Shown one piece after another: positions 43,903 to 53,894 of a DNA stretch of 59,641 nucleotides. Positions within the stretch are counted from its first letter, which is position 1. The number at the start of each line of letters is the position of its first letter. The position numbers and the translations under genes are program-made. This DNA is from Acidobacteriota bacterium. Lineage in GTDB: Bacteria > Acidobacteriota > Thermoanaerobaculia > Thermoanaerobaculales > Sulfomarinibacteraceae. Under the pieces are notes generated by a model that was not told where the DNA came from, did not search any database, and saw only the letters and a program-made list of their open reading frames with translations. The DNA lies in the NCBI GenBank assembly GCA_013152895.1, contig JAADFN010000104.1:1-59641 (forward strand), in the 5' to 3' direction.

Positions 43903-45186
43903 CTACAGCACGATTCCTCGATTCTTGAATGTCCTGAAAAGGTATTCAACAACGAGCGAACCGGCAAACGTCACGATACTGGCATAGAATGCGCTTCGTT
44001 GAGTTACCCATTGATATTTCATCAGGGCGATAAAGACGACAAGGAGAATCAATAGATTTACGATAAGGAGGATCCTGTTCCCTCCCATGCGCTTGTGTAA
44101 TCTCAAATGAGCGATGACAACAAACATGTAAATAACAGTGAAAACCGTACTTGTGATCGATGCAATCTCGCCCAGGTCAAAGAATAGCGCGAAGAAAAGA
44201 CCCAATCCAGCCGTGATATATAGACCCTCTGTTGAACCGAACCAGACCTTTCTTTCGAAGTTCTCCGGCAACTCTCCGTCCTTTGCCAACGAGTACGCGA
44301 TATTCGCGCCACCAAAGATCGTTGCATTCAAAGCGGATGAAATCGAGAACAGTGCACCAACTGATATAAGCACAAAACCAAAAGAGCCCAAAAACGGTTT
44401 TGCTGCTATTGCCAGCGCGTTCTCTTGTGCCTTGACAATGTCTGACAGGGGCAGGTTCCCTATTGTCACAAGTGAGATCAGAATATAGAAGCCCATCACA
44501 AACAGGATACTGATAAATATCGCCAACGGAACGTTCTTTTTCGGGTTTTCTATGTTCTCTGATGCGTTTGTGATAAGACCAAAGCCCATGTAGGACAGGA
44601 AGAAGATGATCGAAGCATTCAGCAATCCCGCCGTATGGCTACTGTCAAAGACAGGCCGGGTCATTCCCCATTTGATTGTCATAAACCCGCCAACAATAAA
44701 AATGAGCAGAATTGATAGCTTGGTGAGGACAATATAGAATTCGGCCTTGCCAACGGCCTTGCTTCCGAAAAAGTTCAATGCAGTAAAAAATGAAATCACG
44801 ATGATCTCAACAACGCCGATTGCAAGAGTGGTTGATGCAACGTGTATAAATGGAAGCAGGTAACCGGCAAAACCTTTCACAAAAAGAGAAATGGAGACGA
44901 CATACGTCAACCACATCAAGATGCTCAACGCGCCCGTGACGACATTGTCCCCGATACCCCTGAGTATGAAAGCGATGGGTCCTGCATTGGATATGATCTG
45001 GGATCCAAGTATCGCGTAGGAATACGCCACAACCAGTGCATAGATCCCGGAAAGTATGAATGCTTCCGGAAGGTCGTGTCCCGCGATTTCAGCTCCCAAG
45101 CCGAAAATGGAAAAAATGCTGGCACCGATCATCGTGCCTACCGCCATGGAAATCACTTCTACGAGACTCAGTTTCTTTGGCTTCAT
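43903..45186 (-). CDS. APC-superfamily amino acid transporter (ApcT-like), AT-rich gene
   Basis: This 427-aa protein has 12 predicted TM helices. The N-terminus is KKLSLVEVISMAVGTMIGASIFSIFGLGAEIAGHDLPEAFILSGIYALVVAYSY. The nucleotide composition is visibly AT-richer than the flanks. Confidence 0.88.
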   Translation of the reverse strand: MKPKKLSLVEVISMAVGTMIGASIFSIFGLGAEIAGHDLPEAFILSGIYALVVAYSYAILGSQIISNAGPIAFILRGIGDNVVTGALSILMWLTYVVSISLFVKGFAGYLLPFIHVASTTLAIGVVEIIVISFFTALNFFGSKAVGKAEFYIVLTKLSILLIFIVGGFMTIKWGMTRPVFDSSHTAGLLNASIIFFLSYMGFGLITNASENIENPKKNVPLAIFISILFVMGFYILISLVTIGNLPLSDIVKAQENALAIAAKPFLGSFGFVLISVGALFSISSALNATIFGGANIAYSLAKDGELPENFERKVWFGSTEGLYITAGLGLFFALFFDLGEIASITSTVFTVIYMFVVIAHLRLHKRMGGNRILLIVNLLILLVVFIALMKYQWVTQRSAFYASIVTFAGSLVVEYLFRTFKNRGIVL

Positions 45187-45247
45187 GTTGAGCTGCTCCT
45201 TGAGCTTTGAACGTGCGCCGGGCGAGAGAGCTTCCGTGGTCCCGCTA

Positions 45248-45826
45248 CTATAGGGCCTCGAGCTTCTCGATCAGTTCTGCAGCCGTGATACACCGGTACA
45301 TGCCTTCGACCTTCTGTTGCGCCTTGCTGTTCCGCGTGGCCGTGCAATCGGACACGAGGATACACTCGTAACCGTCCGACTGGAGGGTATCCATGGTTTT
45401 CGCCACACAGTGATCGGTCGTGAAGCCGGTGAAGTAGATCGTCTTGATTCCCCTCTCCTCGAGGATGGCCCGCAGATCGCTCCCCTTGGTGTTGTCGAAT
45501 CCGGTCCGACCGTGCACCTCCACGTCTGACTCGTCGAAGATGCCCTCGGTGTACTCGGCCCTCCACGTGCCGGCGGTGAACTGCCCGAACAGCTTCGGAA
45601 GGAACGGGATGGCCCTGTACGTGGCTTTCTCTTTCCTGTCCAGGATGAAGGGCGACTGGATCACCGTCAGGCCACGCTTCCTGGCAACGTCCAACAGCCG
45701 TCGCGTGTTCGGGTACACGTTACGGGATTCGTACTGCTTCCTGATGAGCCGGTGAAAGAAGCTCCGCTCGGTCCACGTCTTTTGGTATTCCACGACCAGA
45801 ATAGCCATCTGCGAAGAACTGGACAT
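45248..45826 (-). CDS. Isochorismatase-family cysteine hydrolase
   Basis: It has MAILVVEYQ near the N-terminus, a conserved Lys region and the catalytic Cys context GFTTDHCV. I chose the ATG at 45826; the alternative is 45808. Confidence 0.75.
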   Translation of the reverse strand: MSSSSQMAILVVEYQKTWTERSFFHRLIRKQYESRNVYPNTRRLLDVARKRGLTVIQSPFILDRKEKATYRAIPFLPKLFGQFTAGTWRAEYTEGIFDESDVEVHGRTGFDNTKGSDLRAILEERGIKTIYFTGFTTDHCVAKTMDTLQSDGYECILVSDCTATRNSKAQQKVEGMYRCITAAELIEKLEAL

Positions 45827-46021
45827 CGTCACCGCCCCCCTGCGCAGGACCACTCCTTGGAGAAGGTGCCAATCGCACCGGTGCTCCTGGAACGGGTCCC
45901 CTCGGCCGCCTCGACAAAGTTCTCACCCAGGATACCGCACACCGCCAAACACCTCCGGAGCTGTCGCCATCCCGGCTTGCGGCGGTGACGATCGGTGATA
46001 GGCTTTCCGGCGGGAGGAGCG

Positions 46022-46414
46022 ATGAGTCAGGAAGCCAAGCCAATCGTCCGTTCGATGGAAGACGTGCCATCCGACGCGGTCCCGGGAACCCGCGGCGTCA
46101 GCATCCAGGTTCTCTTGGGACCGGACGAAGGCGTGCCGAGTTTCATCACGCGCCGTTTCACGATCGAGCCGGGCGGGCGGATTCCCACGCACCGCCATGA
46201 CACGATCGAGCACGAGCAGGTCGTCCTGGAGGGCGAGATGGTTCTCGGCCTCGATGACGACGCCGTCACGGTCCGGGCCGGCGACTGCGTCCTGATCCCC
46301 CCGGGCACCGCCCACTGGTACGAAAACCGCGGCGATGTTCCGGTGCGCTTTCTCTGCATCGTGCCAGTGACCGCGGACTATCAGACCGAGTGGCTGGAGC
46401 CGGTGGTCGAGTAG
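46022..46414 (+). CDS. Cupin domain protein
   Basis: The ATG at 46022 follows GGGAGGAG. The cupin motifs are GGRIPTHRHDTIEHEQVVLEGE and GDCVLIPPGTAHWYEN. Confidence 0.8.
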   Translation: MSQEAKPIVRSMEDVPSDAVPGTRGVSIQVLLGPDEGVPSFITRRFTIEPGGRIPTHRHDTIEHEQVVLEGEMVLGLDDDAVTVRAGDCVLIPPGTAHWYENRGDVPVRFLCIVPVTADYQTEWLEPVVE

Positions 46415-46417
46415 ACC

Positions 46418-47083
46418 TCAGCCCCGAAGCGTCCTGCACCGGGCGAGGATCTCGGTCCACGAGCGATCGACCTCGGCGTCCAGCGCTCCACGGTCTCCGG
46501 AGTTGTCGATGACGATATCGGCCACGGCGCGCTTCTCGTCGAGCGGCGCCTGGGCGTCCAGCAGGGCGCGGGCGTGCGCCTCGGGCATGCCGCGCGCGAT
46601 CGCCCGTTCGAGCTGCTGCTCCGGCCGGCACCAGACGACCGCGAGCAGGTCGTAGCTCGAAAACCCGCCGGTTTCCACGAGCAGGGCAGCTTCGATGACG
46701 GCCACGACGGTCTCGTCATGGTGGCACGCCGACAGCCCGTCCAGCCAGGCGGCGACGCGCCGGCGGACGAGCGGATGGATGGCCGCGTTGAGCCGGCCCA
46801 GGCTGCCCGGATCGCCGAGAACGAACCGCGCCAGCGCCTCCCGGTCCACGGAGCCATCCACCGTGAGGGCCGCAGCGCCGAACAGGGTGCGAACGGCGGC
46901 GGCGCCGGGCTCGCCCGGCCGGTACAGCTCGTGGACGAGCGTATCGGCGTCGATGACGCGCGCGCCCCGCGCGGCCAGCAGACGCGCCACGGTGCTCTTG
47001 CCGCTGGCCAGGCCGCCGGTCAGCCCGACGGTGCAGATCTTCTTGCGCCCCGTCTCGTCGCCGACAGGCGCACGAGAGCTCAT
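46418..47083 (-). CDS. coaE: Dephospho-CoA kinase
   Basis: The P-loop is GLTGGLASGKST. The ATG at 47083 overlaps the folD stop as ATGA. The ORF-track start at 47593 is trimmed. Confidence 0.88.
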   Translation of the reverse strand: MSSRAPVGDETGRKKICTVGLTGGLASGKSTVARLLAARGARVIDADTLVHELYRPGEPGAAAVRTLFGAAALTVDGSVDREALARFVLGDPGSLGRLNAAIHPLVRRRVAAWLDGLSACHHDETVVAVIEAALLVETGGFSSYDLLAVVWCRPEQQLERAIARGMPEAHARALLDAQAPLDEKRAVADIVIDNSGDRGALDAEVDRSWTEILARCRTLRG

Positions 47084-48009
47084 CACGCCTCGATGCCGCG
47101 GCGCAGGCTCGCCGCGCGCACGGTGTTGGCCATCAGCATCGCGATCGTCAGCGGACCGACCCCTCCCGGCACCGGGGTGATGCGGGAGGCCAGCGGCGCA
47201 ACCCGGACGAAATCGACATCCCCGGCCAGCACGGAGCCTTTCGCCTCGAAACGCGCCATCCGGGCCTCGTCGCCGGGGAACAGCCGCTCGACCGTTTCCC
47301 TCTCCGTGATCCGGTGGATCCCGACGTCGATGACGACGGCGCCCGGCTTGACGTGCTCCGGGCCGATCAGCGCCAGCTTGCCGGCGGCGGCCACGAGGAT
47401 GTCGGCTTGCCCGGTGACGGCGGCCAGGTCCCGGGTCCGTGAGTGGCAGAGGGTCACGGTCGCATGGGCGTGGAGCAGGAGCATCGCCAGCGGCTTGCCG
47501 ACGATGTCGGACCGCCCGACGATGACGGCGCGCCGGCCCTCGACCGGGATCTTCTCCCGGCGCAGCAGCTCCATGATCCCGGCCGGCGTGCACGCAACCA
47601 GCGCGGGCCGTCCCTGCTGGAGGAGACCGACGTTGAGCGGGTGAAAGCCGTCGACATCCTTGGCCGGATCGATCCTGTCGAGCACCGCGTGCGTGTCGTA
47701 GCCGTCCGGGAGCGGCAGCTGGACGAGGATGCCGTCGACCCCGGGATCGGCGTTGAGATCGTCCACGAGCCGTTCGACCGCGGCCTGCCCGGCGCCCGCC
47801 TCGAGCCGGTGCGTCCCGGAGGCCATGCCGAGCTTTTCACACGCCCGCGCCTTGGCGCCGACGTAGACCCTGGACGCCGGGTCGTCTCCGACCAGGATGA
47901 CGTCGAGCCGTGGCACGATCCCCCGGGCCGCGAGGCCCGCGACCCGTTCGCCGACCTCGCCGCGAATCTCCGCGGCGAGCCGTTTCCCGTCAAGCAACTT
48001 TTCGTTCAT
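47083..48009 (-). CDS. folD: Bifunctional methylenetetrahydrofolate dehydrogenase / methenyltetrahydrofolate cyclohydrolase
   Basis: Motifs are LLDGKRLAAEIRGEV, ILVQLPLP, VIVGRSDIVGKPLAMLL and PVPGGVGPLTIAML. Confidence 0.93.
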   Translation of the reverse strand: MNEKLLDGKRLAAEIRGEVGERVAGLAARGIVPRLDVILVGDDPASRVYVGAKARACEKLGMASGTHRLEAGAGQAAVERLVDDLNADPGVDGILVQLPLPDGYDTHAVLDRIDPAKDVDGFHPLNVGLLQQGRPALVACTPAGIMELLRREKIPVEGRRAVIVGRSDIVGKPLAMLLLHAHATVTLCHSRTRDLAAVTGQADILVAAAGKLALIGPEHVKPGAVVIDVGIHRITERETVERLFPGDEARMARFEAKGSVLAGDVDFVRVAPLASRITPVPGGVGPLTIAMLMANTVRAASLRRGIEA

Positions 48010-48725
48010 CTCTCACCTCCGGTCCGATCAGCCTTGCGGCCCTCGTACAGCGTCGCGACGCCCCCCGTTTGCGCCGATGCCCGGACGTCCGTCAGCCCGA
48101 GCCTTGCAAGCAGGGCAGACATGGCGCCGGCGTCGGGGAAACTCTCCACGGAGGCCGGCAGGTAGGTGTACGCCTCCGGGTCCCCGGAGAGCCAGCGGCC
48201 CAGGCGGGGGGGGACCGTTCTCGTCCACCAGCCGAGCACCGGCGCAAGCGGCCCGTGCGGGTGGGAGAACTCGAGGATCACGAGCCATCCCCCCGGCCGG
48301 AGCACGCGGACCAGCTCGGCCAGGCCGTGCTCCAGGCTCTCGAAATTTCGCACCCCGAACGCCACCGTCACCATGTCGACAGCGTTCTCCGAAAGCGGCA
48401 GGCGCAGCGCATCGCCCGCGAACAGTGGCAGCCTCCGGCCCTTCTCCCGCGCCTTCCGGGAGGCCAGCGCCAGCATCGGCACGCAGAAGTCGCTGGCCAT
48501 CGCCGGGATCTCGCGCGGAAAGCCGAGCGCTACGTCCCCGGTGCCGGTGCAGACGTCGAGCACGAGCCCCGGGCGCGCCCGCCGCACCCGCCGCGCCATC
48601 ACACGCCGCCACAGCACGTCCTGGCCCAGCGAAAGCACCCGGTTGAGCAGGTCGTACCGGTGTGCAATCCGCCCGAACATCCCCCGGATCTCCGTCGAAC
48701 GCTTGGATTCGAGCTCCTCCCGCAC
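48006..48725 (-). CDS. ubiE: Demethylmenaquinone/ubiquinone C-methyltransferase (UbiE/MenG family)
   Basis: Motifs are MFGRIAHRYDLLNRVLSLG, the SAM motif LDVCTGTGDVA and FGVRNF. The start is uncertain (GTG at 48725 or ATG at 48680). The ORF-track start at 49115 would overlap rdgB. Confidence 0.82.
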   Translation of the reverse strand: MREELESKRSTEIRGMFGRIAHRYDLLNRVLSLGQDVLWRRVMARRVRRARPGLVLDVCTGTGDVALGFPREIPAMASDFCVPMLALASRKAREKGRRLPLFAGDALRLPLSENAVDMVTVAFGVRNFESLEHGLAELVRVLRPGGWLVILEFSHPHGPLAPVLGWWTRTVPPRLGRWLSGDPEAYTYLPASVESFPDAGAMSALLARLGLTDVRASAQTGGVATLYEGRKADRTGGER

Positions 48726-48805
48726 GGCCGTGAGACTACCACACGAGCACGTCCAGGCAATGCCTTGGACCGCGGTGCGAACGCTTCCTCCAGGGGACGC
48801 CCGGG

Positions 48806-49360
48806 TCAACTGGTGGCCAGGGCCTGTTTCAGCGCTTCGAGGGCACGGTGGCGGTGCGATATCGCATTCTTCTCCGCGGGCGTCATCTCCCCGTACGTCT
48901 TCCCGCCACCGCCTTCGGGGATGAAGATACTGTCCCATCCGAATCCCCGCCGCCCCCTCGGCGCCCCCGCGATCATGCCGCGAACGACGCCCAGACCGTA
49001 CACCTCCTCCTGCCCATCGAAGGCGCACGCCATGCACCTGACGATCGCGCGGGGATCGGCGAACGCGTGGGCAATCCGGGCGATTCCCGCCGGTCCAACG
49101 CTGACCAGCAGCCACCGCACGAGGGGACCCGGGAATCCTCCCATGCCGACGACCTCCAGGGACGTATCTTCGACGAGCACCGGCCGGCGGACACGCTCGT
49201 ACGCCCTGCGCGCCTTGTCACGGACGATCTCTCTGAGCTCGAGCGACTGGATTTCCACGAGATCCAGCGCCTGGTGTTCCAGCGTCACGCCCAGCACCTC
49301 CTCGGCCTCCCGGAGCTTGCCGAGATTCGACGTGACGAAGACGAGACTCGCGATCCTCAT
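48806..49360 (-). CDS. rdgB: Non-canonical purine NTP pyrophosphatase (RdgB/HAM1 family)
   Basis: Motifs are FVTSNLGKLREAE, EDTSLEV, GFGWDSIF and SHRHRAL. The ATG at 49360 overlaps the upstream stop as ATGA. Confidence 0.88.
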   Translation of the reverse strand: MRIASLVFVTSNLGKLREAEEVLGVTLEHQALDLVEIQSLELREIVRDKARRAYERVRRPVLVEDTSLEVVGMGGFPGPLVRWLLVSVGPAGIARIAHAFADPRAIVRCMACAFDGQEEVYGLGVVRGMIAGAPRGRRGFGWDSIFIPEGGGGKTYGEMTPAEKNAISHRHRALEALKQALATS

Positions 49361-50940
49361 CCCACGCTCCCCGACGGCCCGCTCATTTCCTCCACCTTCA
49401 ACCGGTAGGCCGCCGTCTCCCGGCTCAGCCCCTTGAGCCGGAAATTGCCCCGGTGCTCCGTGGGGAAGAGGTAGGCGACCGAGGCGTGCGTTCTCTCCCC
49501 GAGGATAATCTCGCCCGGCTGGGCGACGAGCTCTTCCAGCCTCGCCGCAACGTTGACCGCGTTGCCCAAGACCGTGTAATCGACCCGCGTCTGGGAGCCG
49601 ATCTCGCCGACGATGACCGGGCCGGTATTGAGGGCGAGCCGGACCTCGACCTGGTCGAGTCCTTCGAGCGCCCGGCGGCGGTTCCAGGCCACCAGCGCCT
49701 GGCGGAGCGCGATCGCCGCCCGCACCGCGCGCTCCGCATGGTCCGGTTGCGGCAGCGGCGCGCCGAAGAATGCCATCACCGCGTCGCCGATGAACTTGTC
49801 GAGCGTGCCGCCGAAGGCGAACACGGCGTCGACGGCCAGGGAAAAATACTCGTTGAGCAGCCCGGCGACCTCGGTCGGCGCCAGCCGTTCGCACCGCGGC
49901 GTGAAGCCGACGATATCGGCGAAGAGCACCGTGGCCTCGCAAAGCGTTGCCTCCGGCGCCACACCCGACGGTCCGGAAAGCACGGCGTCGATGACGGCGG
50001 GGGAGTGGTACCGCTCGAGCCGGCGGCGGACCTCCTGTTCCCGGCGTATCTTCTCGCGAAGGCGCGCCTGTTCGATGGCGACGGCGGCGGAGTTCGCGAG
50101 GGCCGTCAACAGGTCGAGATCCGACGCGGAGAACGATCCGACGTGGAGCGGGGAATCGACGTAGATCACGCCGATGACCCGGTCGCGGTGCCACAGCGGA
50201 ACGCACATCGCCGAGCGGATCTGGTGAATACGGATACTCTTCCTCGACTCGAACCGGACGTCGGCCTGGGCGTCGTGGGTCAGGACGGCCACCTTGTCCC
50301 GCATCACCGTGTCGAGGATCGTCCTGGACAGGGGTACCGGCGGCGGCTCACCCTCCACCGTCTGCCGCGAGCGGAACAGCTCCAGTTGGGGCGTTCCCGT
50401 CCCGTCGTCCAGCAATATGAAACCCCGGTCGACGGCGAGATGGCCGAAGATCAGGTCCATCACCTTCTCCAGGACCGGGGAAAGCTCCTCCACCTCGAGC
50501 AGCGTCTTGGAAACCTCGGCCAGCACCGCCAGGACCCGGGTTCCCTCGCCGCCCTGGGTGCGCTCCGTCTCTCGGTCGAGCTCCAGTCCGTACTCGCGTT
50601 TGAACTCGTCGAGCGGCCTGAGGAAGGTGGCCGATTCCTCGCTCCCAACGTCGCCCGTGCCTTCCACCACCGTCAACCGGAAACTACCAACGTCGAGCAC
50701 CGTTCCGGGCGCAAGGACAGCCTCGGTCACGAACTCACCGCCGATCTTGATCCCGTTCGTTGACTCCAGGTCGACGATGCGGAGGCTGCCGCCCTCGTCA
50801 CCTTCGACGCGCGCATGGTGCCGGGAAACGGAAAAGTCGGCAAGCAGAACCTCGTTGTCGGTCGCTCGCCCGATGGTCGTCCCATCGCGCAGCGGGACGC
50901 GCCGCGTCACCCCCTGGTCGTCGAATTCGAAGTAAAGCAT
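49357..50940 (-). CDS. FHA - GAF - class III adenylate/guanylate cyclase
   Basis: The FHA domain carries TIGRATDNEVLLADFSVSRHHARV...STNGIKIGG. A GAF-like middle domain follows. The canonical cyclase domain reads VLFADIVGFT...FIGDAVMAFFGAP...LNTGPVIVGEIG...YTVLGNAVNVAARLE. Confidence 0.9.
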   Translation of the reverse strand: MLYFEFDDQGVTRRVPLRDGTTIGRATDNEVLLADFSVSRHHARVEGDEGGSLRIVDLESTNGIKIGGEFVTEAVLAPGTVLDVGSFRLTVVEGTGDVGSEESATFLRPLDEFKREYGLELDRETERTQGGEGTRVLAVLAEVSKTLLEVEELSPVLEKVMDLIFGHLAVDRGFILLDDGTGTPQLELFRSRQTVEGEPPPVPLSRTILDTVMRDKVAVLTHDAQADVRFESRKSIRIHQIRSAMCVPLWHRDRVIGVIYVDSPLHVGSFSASDLDLLTALANSAAVAIEQARLREKIRREQEVRRRLERYHSPAVIDAVLSGPSGVAPEATLCEATVLFADIVGFTPRCERLAPTEVAGLLNEYFSLAVDAVFAFGGTLDKFIGDAVMAFFGAPLPQPDHAERAVRAAIALRQALVAWNRRRALEGLDQVEVRLALNTGPVIVGEIGSQTRVDYTVLGNAVNVAARLEELVAQPGEIILGERTHASVAYLFPTEHRGNFRLKGLSRETAAYRLKVEEMSGPSGSVG

Positions 50941-50971
50941 GCCCGCCCATTATATCGCGATCTTTGCGCGG

Positions 50972-52783
50972 TCACTCCTCGTGGTACCGGTCGGTCAGCT
51001 GGGTCTTGAGGTACATGCCTTCGATCAGGTCCCGGTAGCGTTCGGTCACCACGCGCCGCTTGACCTTCAAAGTCGGCGTGATCTCGCCTTCGGCGAGCGA
51101 GAGCTCCCGGTCCAAGAGGGCGAACTTCCTCACCTTTTCATGCTGCGACAGGCCCCGGTTGATCCCGGCGATCGCCTCGTTGATCAGCGCAAAGGTGTCC
51201 GGATGGCGGGCCATTTCCTCCGCCGAGAGGTTCGTGTCCCCCCGCTTGGAGAAGTGTGTGGCCAGGTTCTCGAAGTTCGGAACGATCAGGGCCGTCAAGT
51301 AGGGCAACCTGTCGCCGACGACCACGGCCTGGGTGATGTACGGCGTTGCCTGGAGCTTGCCCTCGATCGGCTGGGGCGCCACATTCTTCCCACCCGACGT
51401 GACGATAATGTCCTTTTTCCTGTCGGTGATGAACAGGAAACCGTCCGCATCCAGGTAGCCCACGTCGCCGGTGTGAAACCAGCCCTCGGGGTCGATGACT
51501 TCGCGCGTTTCGGCCTCGCGGTTGAGGTATCCCTTCATCACGTGATCGCCGCGGGTCAGGATCTCGCCGTCCTCGGCGATCGTGACCTCGACGCCGGCGA
51601 CCGGAAGCCCGACCGAGCCGATCCGGTGGTTTTGAGGCGTGTCCACCGAGATGACGGGCGACGTTTCGGTCAAGCCGTATCCCTTGTAAATGGGAAGCCC
51701 GATCGTCAAGAAGAACTCCTCGACCTCTCGGGACAGGGGGGCGCCCCCGCAGACGGCAAAACGCAACCTGCCTCCGAGCCGGTCGATGATCTTTGAAAAT
51801 ACCCGCCCCCTCGCAAGCCTGAACTGCGCCCTGACGAACGCGGAGGGTCGCTTGCCGGCAACCATCGCGTCGAGCCGCCTGCGCCCGGTCGCCAGGGCCC
51901 ATTCGACGAACCGGCGTTTCATCCCCTCCTGCTGGCGGATTCCCGACATGATCTTGATGTAGGAGCGTTCGAACACCCTCGGCACCGAGACAAGTATGGT
52001 CGGTTTGACCTCGACGAGGCGGCCCGGAACCCGCTCGATGGCCTCGACGTACACGATTTGCGTCCCCCGCGCGAAGAGCGCGTAGTCCACGAGCCGCTCG
52101 AACACGTGCGACAGCGGCAAGAACGACAACGAGACGTCATGTTCATTGATATCGAACGGCCCCAGCGCCTGGGTGAAATCGAACACGAAGTTCCAGTGCG
52201 TCAGCATGACACCCTTGGGATCGCCGGTCGTGCCGGACGTGTAGATCACGCTGACGACATCGTCGCGTTCGGGATGGTGGAACGGATCCATGCCCTTGTC
52301 GAGCCGTTTCAACCACTCCCGGCCGCGCGCCTCGAGGCTGGCGAGCGTCGTCAGCCCGCCGTCGCCATCCTCGGGAGGGTCGATGATGATGAGCTCGACG
52401 TCCCCCGCGAGCCCGGCGGCCCGTGCGGCCACCGGCAACATCTTTGGCGTCGAGACGACGAGGCGCCGCGCACCGGCATCTTCGAGGATGTAGGCGACCT
52501 GGTCCGCGATCAGGTTGGGATACAGCGGAACGGAAATCGCCCCGCTCAGGCTGCACGCGAAATCGAAGATATGCCATTCGGGCCGGTTCTCGGAGTACAG
52601 AGCGATACGGTCTCCGGGCCGGACTCCCGCGGCGATGAAGCCTGCGGCAAGCTCCCGGACTCGCCGCCCGAATTCCTCGGTTGAAATATCGTGCCACTTC
52701 CCTCCGCGCTTGGCCCGCAGGAGCTTCTTGCGGCCCGCCGAAATCGACAGCACATGTTCGAAGAGGTCTCGAAGCGTTTCCAT
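50972..52783 (-). CDS. Long-chain acyl-CoA synthetase (AMP-forming)
   Basis: The AMP-binding motif is YTSGTTGDPKGVMLTH. Other motifs are GYGLTETS and the late-region TGDVGYLDADGFLFITDRKKD. Confidence 0.9.
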   Translation of the reverse strand: METLRDLFEHVLSISAGRKKLLRAKRGGKWHDISTEEFGRRVRELAAGFIAAGVRPGDRIALYSENRPEWHIFDFACSLSGAISVPLYPNLIADQVAYILEDAGARRLVVSTPKMLPVAARAAGLAGDVELIIIDPPEDGDGGLTTLASLEARGREWLKRLDKGMDPFHHPERDDVVSVIYTSGTTGDPKGVMLTHWNFVFDFTQALGPFDINEHDVSLSFLPLSHVFERLVDYALFARGTQIVYVEAIERVPGRLVEVKPTILVSVPRVFERSYIKIMSGIRQQEGMKRRFVEWALATGRRRLDAMVAGKRPSAFVRAQFRLARGRVFSKIIDRLGGRLRFAVCGGAPLSREVEEFFLTIGLPIYKGYGLTETSPVISVDTPQNHRIGSVGLPVAGVEVTIAEDGEILTRGDHVMKGYLNREAETREVIDPEGWFHTGDVGYLDADGFLFITDRKKDIIVTSGGKNVAPQPIEGKLQATPYITQAVVVGDRLPYLTALIVPNFENLATHFSKRGDTNLSAEEMARHPDTFALINEAIAGINRGLSQHEKVRKFALLDRELSLAEGEITPTLKVKRRVVTERYRDLIEGMYLKTQLTDRYHEE

Positions 52784-52835
52784 AATCCCCCCGAAAGATC
52801 GCTATGACGATACTACCGTGGCAGAGCCCTCCAGC

Positions 52836-53894
52836 TCAACGAGCGCCGCGCCGGCGCCGGACGGCCCTGGGCGGGTGCACCCCGAACCATTTCAAGAGCC
52901 GACTCCGGCGGCGACGGGCGCGTTTCGACCCCGGGTGAAGCATCGAAAGAAACACCGGCGGCCCGCCACACCGGTAGAGCTGGCGGGATGCGAGCGGCCA
53001 CTGGAACGCCGGCCCCCTGCGCAGAACCTCGAGCCAGGCGGGGCACGCCTGCGGGCTCATCGGATCGACCCGCCGCATGCCGTACGGCGCCAAGTTGATC
53101 CGAAGCACCGCTTGGGGGCTGAAGTCGCACCGCCGGGCAAGCCAACCCTCGAGGCTCGTCATCGCAAAGTCGTAGATCGAGGGGCCCCAGCCCGCCCGCT
53201 GGCCCCTGGGCATCAAGATGATCTGCCGGCAGGTCATCGCCTGCATCAGGGGGAGCATGCTCAACCGTTCCGCACGCGACCCCAACCGGCAATATCCTCT
53301 GACGAGCTCCGGCAGATCTTCCGGCCTCAGCAACGCATCGAGCGCCCGCAGGGCCGCGGCATGCCGGTAGACTCCGCTTGCCGCGTCATCCGGCTGTCCG
53401 AGCCGGTCGAGCCAGAACCCGACCAGGTCGCGCGTCGCGAGCTGCTTCTCGACGGCGGCGAGCTCCCACTGGAACCGCATGGCCGCAGCCCTGTCAACCC
53501 CCCGCTCCACCCTGGGAAGCGGGGCAGCGACGAGATCCCGGAAGCCGTACGCCGCCGCCTCGCGGATCCTCTCGTCGGAGTCGCCGAGCGCAGCCCGGTA
53601 GACGGGGAGCAACACCGGGTCGTGGAAGGCCGCACCACCCAGCAGGAGCCCCACGCGCTCGGACTCGTCGAGGCGCCCGGAACGCCACAGCCCGATCAGA
53701 CGCGACGGCCCGGGCCAGCGTGATAATACGAACCGGGCCATGTTGACGCGGCCCTCCTGCCTGAAGAAATCTCCAGGGAAGTACGCAGCCGCGGCCGGCA
53801 CCGGGAGGCGGGCCGGTGGTGCTGCGGACGCCACCGCCGTCAGCAACCCGGCCAGGAACACAGCGGCCACAACTTGCTCACATCGTTGCATCAT
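52836..53894 (-). CDS. Secreted hypothetical protein (possible HEAT/ARM-like helical repeats)
   Basis: The ATG at 53894 begins the signal peptide MMQRCEQVVAAVFLAGLLTAVASAAPP. The amino-acid composition is ordinary, unlike the Arg/Pro-rich overlapping plus-strand ORF. I recognised no family motif beyond an ERIREAAAYGFRDL-type helix. Confidence 0.5.
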   Translation of the reverse strand: MMQRCEQVVAAVFLAGLLTAVASAAPPARLPVPAAAAYFPGDFFRQEGRVNMARFVLSRWPGPSRLIGLWRSGRLDESERVGLLLGGAAFHDPVLLPVYRAALGDSDERIREAAAYGFRDLVAAPLPRVERGVDRAAAMRFQWELAAVEKQLATRDLVGFWLDRLGQPDDAASGVYRHAAALRALDALLRPEDLPELVRGYCRLGSRAERLSMLPLMQAMTCRQIILMPRGQRAGWGPSIYDFAMTSLEGWLARRCDFSPQAVLRINLAPYGMRRVDPMSPQACPAWLEVLRRGPAFQWPLASRQLYRCGGPPVFLSMLHPGSKRARRRRSRLLKWFGVHPPRAVRRRRGAR

